A DNA stretch of 64,000 bases from positions 134,690 to 198,689 of the forward strand of contig NMRA01000215.1 in the NCBI GenBank assembly GCA_002633005.1, given 5' to 3'. This stretch comes from Phoronis australis (taxonomy: Eukaryota; Animalia; Phoronida). The translations under genes and the position numbers were made by a program. The notes under the pieces were generated by a model. The model was not told where the DNA came from. It ran no database searches and was given only the letters and a program-made list of their open reading frames with translations. Positions 48,061-62,300 of this stretch are shown here, in pieces (positions within the stretch are counted from its first letter, which is position 1; the number at the start of each line of letters is the position of its first letter).

Positions 48061-49042
48061 GTTTACCAGTTAACGACACATAACTAAGTCTAAGTCATAA
48101 GCAGAGAAGGGAGTGAGTACTGAGTACACCATTACACAGGAACATAGATGCACAGATATAGACTGTGATAGATGTGCTGGAAGTCAATTTCACCACTCCT
48201 TTATGCACGTGTCAATCACTGCTATTGGTAGACATAGACAGTGACCACTGTCTGTAGCTGAATAGAGATGGTGTAGCTCCTATACATAGGAACTACACCA
48301 TCTCTAGCAGAATAGAAATGGTGTAGCTCCTATAGGAGCTTCATACACCGGAAGCTTTTTGACGAATTATACTATAACATGTGCATAGAGGGGCACCTTA
48401 GGAGGCCATCTATCTATTTGATTCCTTCCAATTACTTGAAGAAATGCTCCCATTATCAAACTTTTTCTTTGAGCAGTCCCTCGTACAGTTCCCAAAATCG
48501 GAAACTCGCCATTTTTAAAACTGCATGTGGCAGGTGGTGTGATGTCATATCCCCTGTCCAAAAATGGCATGACATCCCCTGGAGTGAGCAGTGTAAAATA
48601 TCCAGTAGCCGATTTGGGCAACTAGTCATTTTACACTGCTCGCATTGATTTGGGCAACTGAACGAGGGACTGTTAGAAAAAAGGTTAATTGCGAGAGTAT
48701 TTGCTCGAGCTGAGAAGACATCAGCGGCCTGCGACGGTGTCCTGCTAAGCAGAAGGTACTTATAGCAACATGACTTATGGTTTAATCAGGGTGAGGCATA
48801 ATTTGCCGAAAAGCTTCTGGCATATGGAAGGCCTATGGTATGGCCACCGTCTCTACTGGGGCCAGTTGTCTACCAATAACAGTGATCGACACCCACATTA
48901 TGGAGCGGTGAGATTGACTTCCAGCACATTTATCTGTGTCTATCTGTGCGTTTATGTTCCTGTGTAATGGCGTACACAGTACTTACTCCGTTCTCTGCTT
49001 GTGACTTATGCGGTGTTAGTAAACCAACCCTTGAGTTGAGTA

Positions 49043-50940
49043 TTGGGTAATGTGGTGTACGCTAGTGGTGCGGTTCGCATCACCATGGGAACACCTCAGT
49101 GTGGCGCTGCCTCACCCACCCTCTTTAACATGGTTATAGATGGTTTGCTTCGACAATTATCTAGTGACATGGATCCAAGCTTGTATGTTCAAGCCTATGC
49201 AGATGATATTGTTCTCAGTGTGTCTAGCATTGATCTTGACACATGTCGCTATCTTGCTCACAGAGCACTGAATACAACAGTCAGTTGGCTTAGAAATTAG
49301 TGGTAGCAAAACAAAGGTGTTTACTTGGAAGCTTAAATGGTCAATGCGGCCTTTAACGCTGAATGGTAAACATCTTAGATCTTGTAGACTAGGCGACTTA
49401 CACCACCGTCTTTTCTGGACCCCGCATATTACAGAAAAATCTCAAAAGCCAAATCTGCATTGGTGAGATGCAGTCGTGCGGTGGGTAAAACTTGGAGAAT
49501 GTCTCCCAAGAATATGTTCTGGATTTATACTGCTGTTATCCAACCTATAATGTCATATGTTGCGTTGATATGGGTAACAGCATTAAAACAGATTACAATT
49601 ATTAACAAACTTAGGCAGCTGCAACGTCTAGCTTGTCTATGCATAACCTCTGCTTTTCCAGGAACGCCTTCTGCAGCCCTAGAAATGCTAATCGGTCTAC
49701 CACCACTGTACATATACCTTGAGGGTGAAGCTGCATGTGCTGCACTTCGTCTTAGATATAATGGTCAGTGGGTGAAAACTAACATCCCTGACTCCATTGT
49801 ACATAGAAGCCACAAGAATGTTTGCAATAAGCTAATGGCCAAGACTGGGCAACTATGGAACATGCTTAGTGATGTCCAGGTCACAGCTTTAAATCATACA
49901 AACAATTTCTTCACGGAAAATTGGCGATGGATGGCCTACCGCAGAACACAAGAATGAGGTGGTTTGTTATACGGATGGCTCTAAACTGGAAAATGGCCAG
50001 ACAGGTGCTGGGGTCTACTTTCCAAGCCTTCCTGTTGCAGATGCAGAAAACTGGGTATTGCTTGGCAATCTTGCCACTGTGTTTCAGGCTGAGATCACTG
50101 CAATTAATAGAGCTGCTCAACTGGCACACCAGTATAACACTGAGCTTGGCAATCGGCCAATTACCATCTTTTCAGATAGCCAGGCAGCAATAAAAGCCCT
50201 AAAGAAACTAAGGGTCAACTCTTGTTGCGTTAAATAGAATGCTTATATTAATGAGCTTAACAAGCTTGCAATTGAAAGAACCGTCAATATACGCTGGGTC
50301 AGGGCCCATGTGGGAATTGATGGCAATGAGAATGCAGACAGACTGGCAAAGATAGGAGCAAGTGTTCTGCATTTTGTTCCTGAACCCTTATGGGTGTTGC
50401 AGGATGAGTATATGCAACTGGGTGCATACCCAGTCAGCAGCCCAGTGGGCATCACTTAACTCCTGCAGAGAGACCAAGGAGAATTTTCCCAACGTGATCG
50501 AACCAAAGGGTTCAAAAAGCCTTCTGAATCTATATAGATTGGGTACAAGACACGTCATTGGAATTTTGACAGACCACTGCAACCTAGTCCGACACAGACA
50601 CATTACTGGGCATATGGGGAGCCCTGTGTGTCCTGAGTGTGGAACTGACGTAGAATCTCCTAAACACCTGGTAGAGTCTTGCCCAGCTTTTTATAGGCTA
50701 AGGAGCAACCTACTGGATGGCACTGTTACATGCTTACAACATATAGTGCATGGCAACAAATGGAAACGTCTGTCCGTTTTCCTAAAGGTAACTGGCAAAC
50801 TTGAAAACTTTCTTCACGAGGAGCCATAATTGGGCTCTCGTGCTTTTGCTCAGGTGTTTTGTGCAATGGGCCCAACCATGAGGCCTGCGCACATCTGGTG
50901 CACCGCAAATGACATCAGACCACTTGCACTGTTTTTTTTT
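49043..50940 (+). mobile_element. 5'-truncated, decayed non-LTR retrotransposon (RT + RNase H + CCHC finger), LOA/Lian-like
   Basis: RT: GTPQ.G..SPTLFN, QAYADD. Connector: WIYTAVIQP..SY...W, QRLACL.IT.A..TP..ALE. RNase H: YTDGS, VFQAE, IFSDSQAA, WVRAHVGIDGNENAD. Finger: CPECG...HLVESC. In-frame stops at 49298 and 50235 and frameshifts near 49915 and 50390. Confidence 0.9.
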
Positions 50941-53304
50941 AGAGGTATATTCTGACAGATCGGAATAAGCTCCCATGGGGTATCTCCATGAACTTCACCA
51001 CCACGTGTCAATTCCCGATGAAGTCAGGAGACAGTCATTCACACACGTGGCGGCTGTAGTTCAAGCGTTATACTCTCCCCTGTTCTATTCACATGATGAT
51101 TGGAAGTCTGAATCAACAAAGGATGGACTTCGCCAGTTATATGGGATCAGATAGCTAAGACGTGCTTTGGCGTGCATTCTGTAGACCTAGTTTCTTGCGA
51201 GAAAAGAAAAAACTTATTAGTTCATGAGATATTGCCATATATTAAAACTACTAGGCAAAGCATGTGTTCACGCAAGGCTTGCTTCCTGAAGTGAGATTCA
51301 TGTGTCTATGAAACTCTGCCCTTGGTTGCTTCTCCTCAATGACTTCCGGCTTACAATCAGATGTCTTAGCCGGTTGACCTGTCAGAACCAGTAAAGCAAA
51401 TCAAGTGCCGCCATGGGGAATGTTGCTTATGCATGCCCTTTGACCCCATGTCATGTTGAAATTAGTTCCATTTAGTGGTTCATGTTTTGATTTTGAAGTA
51501 TACTTAGATACAATCGAGGTCCATATTTGCAACAGGACTGTGATGCTAAGCCAGGAATCTCTCTTTGGAAAACTCTAAACATGATGCAATTCAAATTGCA
51601 TGTCTTGTTTTCACCCTAATCTTCCTTTCACACACTAATCTTTCTGAAGAAACTGCAATTACACATTATTATCAATATTGAACCATGTCACTGCCGTGAA
51701 CTTGAGCAATGTCACTCTTGGTTTTGTGTTGACAACAGTAAACACGTGTTCCCAATGTCTCTTTGTGAACCTCTGTTCACTGTTATAGCAATGGAGATGG
51801 TTCAAGTTAGTAGACCTAGCTGGCAGATCAAAGTTCTACTAATGATCTCACTTATCATTTCTGTTTGTTTCGTACAAAGGCAAGTTACAAAACTTGATGT
51901 AAGGCGACTCAAGAATTAGTGGTATGCATTGTTTGTGGTTATCACGAAACTGCATCCTTGCTCACTTCCTATTTAAGAACTAATTTCCAACATGGAAGTC
52001 ACACGGTATGACCGAGTGTGTGACAAAAATGTCAAGGCTATGGTAATATGTACCGTCCAGCTGTAGATGTGGTTTTATAAGCTAACTTGAGGTTAGGTGG
52101 GACCTTATTGACATGCTTATGTGTTCAGTCAAATATCTACAAAATTTCTTAATTTAACTTGAGAAAAGTATATATAGCTGAAAGCCTGTAGAATTTGTTT
52201 TTTACTTAGTGCTGATATGTCATCAACGGTGTAACCTAAACAATGTCTTTTTAGTAAAATTTAGCAGAAAAGATACAATAACAGCAAAACAACTGTATCA
52301 GTAACATGACCACAGTTTGTTTGATCTAAATGCTCAAAGTGAAATCTCAAAAAGCCCAATTTAGATTTTCAAAATTATTGTTTCATTTATTTTTAAACAA
52401 CTTATAAATCATTTTTTATAAAATTTATAAAAGTGCTATCTTTTGATGGACTCTCATGCAAAAATTGTTTAATTTAAAACAACCCCAAAACTTTTGGAAA
52501 ACTGTGCAAAAGGTATTGTATCTGACCACCCATTTCTGAGATGTTATGGTAATCTGAAGTTAGCAAAATTTGGACATTTTTCGAGGGCCTTTCATAACCT
52601 TAAAAGATTGCATTATTGAGAACTAGATTATTTATGGCAATTTTTCACTTATTTAGCACACTTTATAACTGAAGAATGAACTTCTATTTTGTTGAATTTT
52701 TCCACAAAATGATATTCATGAAGACAATTTTCTTACTATTGCTTGACACACGGGGAGTATGTGAAACGCTGACCTAAGTTTATGCAGAGAACCTGGCGGA
52801 TGACCTAGTTTATGTATTGCTGATAATGGACAATGTTGATAATTATCTTTCTGGGAAATAAGTGGAGCATTTTTATACACATACTTGTAGTACCTAACAA
52901 TTTGTATTATCCTTTTTGTTAGTGGTTATTATACATAAATGGTGTGTCATAATATTATGGTGAAATCTCACCAATTTTGGATAAAATAAACTGTCAAAAT
53001 TGCCCTTGATTCATTTTGTAGGTCTTCCAAAATTGTAACACTATCCAAATTTTAAATAGTATCTGGTGGAAGCAATTGTAGAGTAGTTGAAGATGGACTT
53101 GGCTCATCCTATCTTCTCTGGTAAGATGAGTTCGTGAAGTTTCACGTGTTCACCATATTGTGTCCTACATTGGTGGGAATTTAGCCTGTTGTGCAGTGTG
53201 GAAAACAAATTGTATTGTGGTATCAAAGTTTCGTATGACAAAAGTGTTTTTTGCCTTCAGGTTGATTCTGTCCCGTTACTCTTGTGGTGATCTCCAGACA
53301 TGAC

Positions 53305-53376
53305 ATGGATATCATAAACAACCACGTTGTTTTATTTAAAGCTACGCAGAATGATATCAAGGACCCATATTGTGAG
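53305..53376 (+). CDS. UROS: UROS first coding exon (exon acceptor at 53261)
   Basis: ttcag|GTTG...ATG GAT...GAG|gtaag; DPY motif. Confidence 0.85.
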
Positions 53377-56300
53377 GTAAGATCTACAATTGATCAAGAA
53401 GATTGAACTTTGGTGATGCTAAAACTTACTTATAATCAGATTTAAAAAAATGATGTAGCTACAGGGCTTAAGTATCACTTGGCATTTTTCATGGGTGTGT
53501 TTGGTTGTCACTGTATTGTTTTTTTGTTTGCCTATTTTTTGCATGATACTTGTCACGTTTTCAGCTGAAAAACTTGGAACACTGCACTAAATACACAGGA
53601 AGCACTGTCTGGTTCTAGCCTAATCTGTTTGATCAGTTTGTACTGGCAAACAGTTTTGGCAATATTGCAAACTCCTTTCAGACACTGTACTTAGTCAATA
53701 GATTTGTACAAGCCCCATTGTTATCAAGAGGCCTACTTATCAGGAAACTGATCTAAGGTCATATCAGCCTGGAGTTGAACAGTTCAGTCCAGAGTCAGAG
53801 ATGGTTTCACTGATGGCTTCACCAAAGCCTCTATCTAGCGCGCATCCAGGGTGTCTAAATGGACACCCTGACTCAAATTTTTACAACCTAGTTAGGATGC
53901 CATGTTAATTTGAACTCTCTGTTCAGCAACAGCTCCAGGAGCTCAATGGTCTGTCCATATTAAAAAAGTTAATTAAGACATATTGTAAGATACAATGATC
54001 TATATTGTAGACCCATGTCTCCAAAGTAGGCTGACCACACAATAATAGCATATCAGTATTTCACCTGGGGTCATTTGTAATTGGTGATCAATGCCTTGAG
54101 AAATTGGGAAACCCATTTTGGCCGCCCTATTTTTGATATCCTGTTTATGTATGAATTTCAGCTTTATGGCAGTAAAACATTGGCTAAAAGGAATTTGCAT
54201 CTTGTGGAAGCTTCTGAAGTTGATTTCCTCATATAAGTTAAGATCATTTTACTTGAAAAACAATGATAAAAATTAACCAAAATAATTGTGTTACTGAAGT
54301 GCTGATTCTTTGGTTCCTGTTCAATAATGGTTTTAGAAACTCTTTTGAACCATAAAAACATGAAAATGTTGAGACATCCAGTTGAGAAAATGGATCAAGT
54401 TTGAGTCTAATATTGGAATAAAAACTTACAAATATAGCGACGTTGCGTCCGCATCTCACGGACTTCAGCTTGGCTTGTGATTTTATCGTTATTCTGTCCA
54501 ATTGGTGGCATTTTGACCAGACGGCGCGGCATTGACGTCAGAACACCATCCCATACGTGTGGCAAATCGAATCTTAAACCACCTCTTTTATTTAAAGAGG
54601 GACTCTCAATGCGCTCATGGAGAGCTTCCTTTACACGCCATCTGAACCAGTCTTCCTCAAAGTTAGTGATGTCATAAGTATTGAAATCATGTACGGTGGC
54701 GCACAGGTGGCTAAAAATGGCCGAATCATAATGTAACTAGGAGGAAACAGTCCATAAAAATATGTATGTCACAACATCGTCGTCCTAGTTACGAGGACAC
54801 TTATGATTCGGCTATTTTTAGCCACCTGTGCGCCACTGGACATGATTTCAACACTGATGATGTCACTATTAAGATTCGATTTGTCACACGTATGGGATGG
54901 TGTTCTGACGTCAATACCGCACCGTCTGGTTAATACGCCACCAATTGGCCTGAATAACGATAATGTCACAAGCCAAGCTGATGTCCGTGAGATGCGGACG
55001 TAACGTTGCTAATTTTTATAAGTTTTTATTCCAGTATTAGACTCAAATTTGATCTTTTGAGCCATGGTAGATAATTAGCCTGCTGGTTCTGATGCAGAAC
55101 AAAAGACTATGGGAATACTGAACAATGGACTAGATTGATATCTGGATTTAGCCTCAATTGAGAAACTGCTGTTGTATGTAGTTGAAAGCAAATGGGAGGT
55201 TTTTATTATGGTGTCCACTAAAAGTATGGTCACATTGGAATTTTTTCAAATTTTGGCATTGTAATAAATGTTTGTATGTTAGTTTATCGTGGTAGAAATT
55301 AAAAACCAATTTGTGATTAGATTTATAACAGTGGAAGCGTTTTTCTTGAGCACTCCTGAATTTTGGTAACACAGATTTTCTTTAACAGAGAACATGGTGT
55401 TCATTCAAGCGCATGTTTTTTTTTCCAGTCCAACGTCTTGAAATCATATAGGATCTTATTGACAAGTTTGTGTATTCTGCTAAATATATACAAAGTATTG
55501 ATTTATTTAACTCCCTAAAAGTATGCAGAGCTTGATTTTTAACTTTTGACCAATCTCCCATTAATGTGGTCATGTGACCATGGCTTTTCAGTAAAATTTA
55601 TCAAAAAGGAAAAGTACTTTCATAGTAAAACAAAGGAAGCAACAACAAGGATTTTTTTCAGAAATTCCATGAAAGTCCTATTTTTGATAATCTTTCATGT
55701 AAAAGTGGAACTTTTTAGGATGTATTCGTAAGAGCGTTTTGGAGAAGGATGCATTAAGCATAGTATCTTCAAGTTTGATATGAATCCGATCAGCCATTTC
55801 TGAGTTAGCGGTTGAATTTAGTGGAAATGAATTCCCCAGTATTTTTGTGCTTAATGGAAGGGAAAACACAGTGGATTTATTCCAACTATAACTGATGATT
55901 GGTTGCTAAATATCATCCGACCAATTTTGGCGATCATCAATTATGAAAATCTGTCCAGTTTCTGTCACTAGCAATTTGTAACTATTACCAGGGTTCTCTT
56001 TCCCAAAAACTCCAAACACACAAATTATGCATCTTGTTTTTGTGTTATAATCTTCCTGCATGCTATTGCACAGAAACAATGTTACAGAGCATTTTCACTT
56101 GTTGACCACGTTGCTTGTATTTTATAAGAATAAGGAGTATGACGTACAGTTTGAGTTGTTTTGTGTCGTGAAGCGGACAAAACTCAATCTTTTTACAAAT
56201 GGCTCAGGATTTTTAACATGGCTCAGAGCTCTTCAAACAGGCTCATGATTTCCCGGCATGACCCAGAGCTTTTCAAACATGGCCGAAGTACTGTCTATGA

Positions 56301-59300
56301 AAGCGTTTTGAGGTCAGGCGTTATTGAGAATTGGGTGGGAGCCAGGATGTTGAATATTTTGTGGTTTGGTGTTTTGGTAATTGGGTCCTGCATGGAGATG
56401 AGTCTTGACAGGCTGTTGGCAGGGAACAAGATGATCGGATACAAATGTAGTCTAAGAGTGTTCTGTAGACCTAATGGCTTGCGAAGAAAATCAAGATCTT
56501 GCAAGACTGCAAAATCACGCGAGTTAAAAGAAAGTGTTTCGAAAGTGCTAGGGAGCTTACTAAACTTTCTTAGCATAATGGAAGTTACTGGAGTGATTGG
56601 TTGGTGAGGTTGGAGTGTTGAATTATGGGATAGACTTCAGTGTTTCTGTTCCACAGGGGAAGATTTCATGCCCTATATGTAAGCTAATGTCTTGCAGTCA
56701 ACAAAACTCAATCCTGATGACACCAGTAGGTCTGCACATCCTCACCTACTGGTACTTTGAGTAACTGTATATTTACTGAAATTGTCCGCATGTCATCAAA
56801 GTCGATAGTATTTGGATAAAACAACAAATGCTTGAGCACTCGTCAGGTTTCCATGTCCATTAACATCATTTTCAAGCATGAATGACGAATCAGCATGTGA
56901 ACAACATCTCCTGAGATGTTGCCTGCTGAATACTCACCTTGCACTATAGTGTGTGTGTGCATGTGCGTGCGTGTGGGTGTGCCTGTGAGAGAGAGAGAGT
57001 AATGGTGTATTTGTACATTGTGCTCACATGCTGATTTGTCATTCAAGCTCATCTGAAATGATGTCAACACAATGTGATAGGATTGGTGTTGATTGATCAG
57101 AATTATTCAGAAACCAGTGCATGCTGTCCTACTGGTGGTACTATTACTTCACTAGAGCCACCTTTTGGAATGAAGTTCATGTTCTTCATTTTGTATACTT
57201 CCAGATATTGGAACAGAATGGTTGTATTGCTCACTGTGTAAATGTGCTGGAATTTAAATTTGTCAACATTGAGAGACTGCGTCAATGTCTGCAGCGTGCT
57301 GGTGACTTCTCTTGTCTCGTTCTAACGAGTCCCAGAGCTGTGGAGGCTGTTGAGATGGCTGCAGTCGATTTAGCCAAAGGTAACAGATGATTATGTTGTA
57401 TTTTTGACTCTTTTAATGTTGATTTAGGTGCCTGAAAATAAAAATCAAACTAGGCCTTTTACTCTCATAAATTGATCTAACAATATTCCTTATCGTGTAA
57501 GGATTCAATTTCCATTACCAACTTGAGTCTCTGATGGTTTGATGTTCTTGATGGCTACAGAAATAGAAGTATGATAAAGAATGTTATGAGACCAATTTTA
57601 TGAAAGTAAAATGCCTTTTTTGAGTTTCAATTTTATGTTAATGTTTTAACAGGTTAAATGTTTTATATGTCAGATCCAATGAGACTGTAAAATTTTAGTT
57701 AAGATGAAATCCAACTTACCTGACTGCCGGATCACATGACCCAGCCCATGTTAGTCGTACCGTTAGTCGTAGTCAACCGGCTTGTGCACCTCAGACACCG
57801 TGCTGTTGTGGTTAGTTAAATCGCCTCAGGTTGCTGATGTTATCATTATTTAGATAATGAAACCCATCATTAACAATTGGGGATGACAATAGTATTTTAA
57901 AATTTTCGTTTTGAAAGTTTGTAAACAGCACATTTGATTAGTTTGTGGAAAGCACACGTGATTAGGATTTTTGCAAAGTAATTTGGCCAATTACCAAACC
58001 ACCAGGCAGCAGTTGGATTTTGAGGCAAGCCAAGTGTCTTCGTATAATTCTTGGCATGTATCTTTAATTGACCCGTCCCCTACGGGAAAATTAGACTTGT
58101 GCACATTTGGATGTGAGTCTTACAGCATTTTCACATTTTCAGTTGAAAATTTTTATTTTTTCATAGGCCGTGACAAGTATTCTAGAAAGTACCCTCACAT
58201 TTAGGTAATTTTGTTCTCTTTTGTTTGAGTTGATTAATATTTTCTACAATCACCTTTTTCTTAGATGACATGTCACTGCTATCAGATGATGGTGAGCCAA
58301 GAAAAAAGTGTGCAAAATCATCTGCTGAGCTGGGTACACACACTTGCATGGAATTGTTCATTTCTCCATTTCTTTCATAACATTGCAGCTTTTGCATGTC
58401 AAGATGGTTGCTTTTTGTGACATTACTTTGAATCCAAAAAATGTCATTGCGGCTGTTATTGTGTCTGCCCACATGACAAACTTGGGCAGCAATTGACCTT
58501 TTTAAGTATTGCGCAACTTCATATTTAACGTATTAGCTCCACAAGTGGTGTTGAATTTTGTATATGGATTGACTTTGTATGTGACTTTAGTAGTTGTGGA
58601 ACACCTATCTAGACACTGATCTGTTGTATACGATAGTTGTGTACAAAAATCAGTGTGTGAAGACAAAAAGCCAAAATTAATCGTCATGTTAGTTTAATAT
58701 TAATGGTCTTTTGTGCCTGATCATCTTGAGTACATAGTGAGCTGGACCAACTGCCTACCTGGGGCCTGTTTCATTAAAACTTTCCCTGTCTTAGGGCTAA
58801 CTCAAGACCAAAATGACTTGGCCCAGTTTCATGAAATTTCTTGAAACCAAAATTAAGTTAGCCTGCTCAATATTGTGACCAAATTTTAGGACTATTATCA
58901 CGAATAAACTGTTGAAGAACAAATCTTATTGATAGTTTTCACATTATAATGTCCCTAAACAATGTCAAATTGAAGATTGTCTATGAAGGCCACAGAGACA
59001 ATACAGTACGACTTGCCAGCTTACCATGTGAAATGATATTTTCCAACCAATAACCTGAGTCTTCTAAAGTAAATGAGATCTCAACTGTATCCAAAATGTG
59101 TGTAAATCCCGTTTAGGGTTTCAAGACCAAGATTATTCTTGATATCGTAATTCAAATACTGCCTCGCTTAGTTTAAAGTGAATTCGCACCAGGTGGTGAA
59201 ATCGTAGTTTTTATGCTCACCTATGTCAAAAATCCCTTTTCATGAAAACTTATTTAAGACTTAAGACAAGACTTAAAATTTGTCTGAAATTCCGCCTAAG

Positions 59301-62300
59301 TTAAGACTGATTTTGTCTTCATAAAACGGTCTTTTCTGAAATTTCGTCTTCAGTCTTAACTTAGTCTGAATTTCTGACAAATTTTAGGTCTTGTCTTAAG
59401 TCTTAAGTAAGTTTTCATGAAAAGGACCCTTGGACTACATGCTTCATGATTTCATTTTGCACCTGCTGTCTAACTGAAGCTTTTCTTTCCTGTTTTCAGC
59501 TTTATTTGACTAATATTTGTTTTGGACTTAGTTGAAACAAAATACAATGTCTGATGTTTGAGAAATGTGGTGAACGCCAAAATTACCCATAGTTCCATTC
59601 TTCAAAATCAAGAAAATTTAGTTTTGGCTTAATTTCAGTGTGTCCCAAATTTCAGAGACTGATGAATTTTTACGGTAAGCGCAAGACGTGGTAAAAATTC
59701 AGAGCATCTATTCTTAGCAATGGGATGGTGCTATGGCATGTCATCAGTTTTGACTTAGGTTAGCGTTGTGGTTATTGCCAGTCAGAATTTAACAGTCTCT
59801 ACGTAAAGTTATCAGAGCCTGGGGTCTTATCTTTGTTCTCGAAATCAAACTCAGATCATTTCCTTTTCCACTTTTATTCAAACTCAAGTTAAGTGTTTGT
59901 TATTTTGTACTCAATTACACATGAACTCCACAGATGAATGTCAAGTGCACTCTTGATAGATTCTGGAATCGAGAAGTAAAAACCTGAGAATTAGAATAAA
60001 AACTCAAGATTTCAAGGTCATACTCGAACTTATGGTTTAATGCTGAAGTCATCAAGTGCAAACTTTGATTAGGCAAACAGTCGCGCAAACCATAATGTAC
60101 TCTAGCGCAAAATAGTTGAGAGAAAAGGGTTTTGTTTTTGGACTAACAGTTAGACTTATTGAAATAACAAAAATATTATACTTCAGGAAAAAACAACAAA
60201 ATGGTGTTTTTCGTGGAAAGTCTGTACAAATGGGTACTATTTTTGTGTCCAGTCTCAAAAAGGCTGGGTATCCTAGTAATTTCTCAGCTGCACACCACAG
60301 TCAAAAGATGCTTTAGTGCTCCTGAGGACTATTGTTGCAGGCTTGCTATGGAAGTTTTCCTTTCAACCAAGTTGCACCTCATATAACCCACATATTGTCC
60401 TCATGTTTATCCTGTGTGATGTGTTGTACCAAACAAATTTTGCATATTGGAGTTCTCACCAACCTGGTGTTCACAGCTGTGAAGTCTTTGCTTTAGCTCT
60501 GTGGTCTTGACCAGATGTTCTGAAGAGCTGTGGCAGAGTTTTTTCTCAATTCTTCATTTGAGAACATTCCTGATCTTAGCATGAATGAAATTTAGATAGC
60601 CACCAGCTTCTATGTCAGGCTGTTGATCTTAAACTACGACTCACTGGGAATTGACCCATGCATGATTTTAGGTACCCGTGAAATGCTGTTTTGAATTTAT
60701 AAAATGCCACTTTTGCACTGTTACTTTTAGAGCATTACGAAGATATCTCTCAGACACAGTCTTTGATGATATAATGCACTTACTATCTCCAATGTCACAG
60801 ACAGGGTCTTGACAACGTAATGCACATATTATCTCCCCTGTCACAGTCTTTTTGATGATGTAATGTACTTATTATCTCTCCATTCTTCCATCCTGACAGC
60901 AGGAAATGAAGTATAGTTAGGGCTGGTATTGCTTGTGAGGTTTGGCCCCTGTCATCACAACCAAACAATCCTTTGCACTCTGTCATTACTAGTACTGCTA
61001 AGTGTGTGTCAAGATACATCAAGTTGAGTCTTCTCTCACATTTTGTCATGTGCCTTGTGCAGATGTCTCCAGTGTATGAGTAAATTCTCCTTTGTAATGT
61101 GCCATTTGACCTTATTTTACAATTTTTGTAAGTGCTTATTATGTGAATTCAAGTGTTTATTTACAACCATAAACTTGCCCTCTATTCTTGTTCCTTGTTG
61201 TGCATCGTGAACAACACTTATACTATTTCATTTTACCCATCACATTTTACATGCAAATTAAGCTGGTTCTTTTCTCTCCCTACAGATGGTGCTGTCTGGT
61301 CCAGACTTCCAGCCTATGTGGTAGGACAGGCTACGGCTGATGCAGGTTGGCCTATTTTTCTATCGTCTATCAATTTTACTAATGAATGCATCAATTTTAA
61401 TGTGTATTTCCTATAAACTATAATGTATATTACTTATAGATATTCTTAAGGTGCACCACCTATTGACTGCCAGGTAAACTTAGTCTTAAGTTTGTTTCTC
61501 GAAGTTGTAATTTGGCTGTACTTCGGGAGCAAGTTTTCTGTTACACAGAATTTGTTGAATGCACGACACTTTTCATTGTTCACGGTCTTTATTCCGTTGC
61601 GTTCATACTTTCTGAACAAAACTCTTCTCTCTACTGAACATAGATACAGTAACTGACCTAGCGACATAATTAAAAGACACACGATATTTCGAAACATACT
61701 TGTTTCATTCTCAAGTGAAGATAAAATGACGCAGTAATGCCACCACAGAGTATAAGCTGANCCCATCACATTTTACATGCAAATTAAGCTGGTTCTTTTC
61801 TCTCCCTACAGATGGTGCTGTCTGGTCCAGACTTCCAGCCTATGTGGTAGGACAGGCTACGGCTGATGCAGGTTGGCCTATTTTTCTATCGTCTATCAAT
61901 TTTACTAATGAATGCATCAATTTTAATGTGCATTTCCTATAAACTATAATGTATATTACTTATAGATATTCTTAAGGTGCACCACCTATTGACTGCCAGG
62001 TAAACTTAGTCTTAAATTTGTTTCTCGAAGTTGTAATTTGCAAAAGAAACGAACAACGCACATAACACGATTCATGTGAACATAAAACAATTAAGACAAT
62101 GAATACTTTATATGCAGATTTAATTGTTCACAGAACTGAATATACAATTGGGCATTTTTTACTGGTTTGAGCCTCGTGATTTATGGAGGCGGTTCTAGTG
62201 TAAACAAAACACAATTTCAAAATTCACTGATTTAAGGAGGTACAGCAACTTTAAGACATTAAAATTGAAATGTGAGACTTCATCGTGAGTTTCAGCAGTA

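Noticed and set aside
56161-56607. 148-aa ORF in UROS intron
   Set aside because: No recognisable domain, and it overlaps an interspersed repeat also seen at 12.6 and 22.6 kb.
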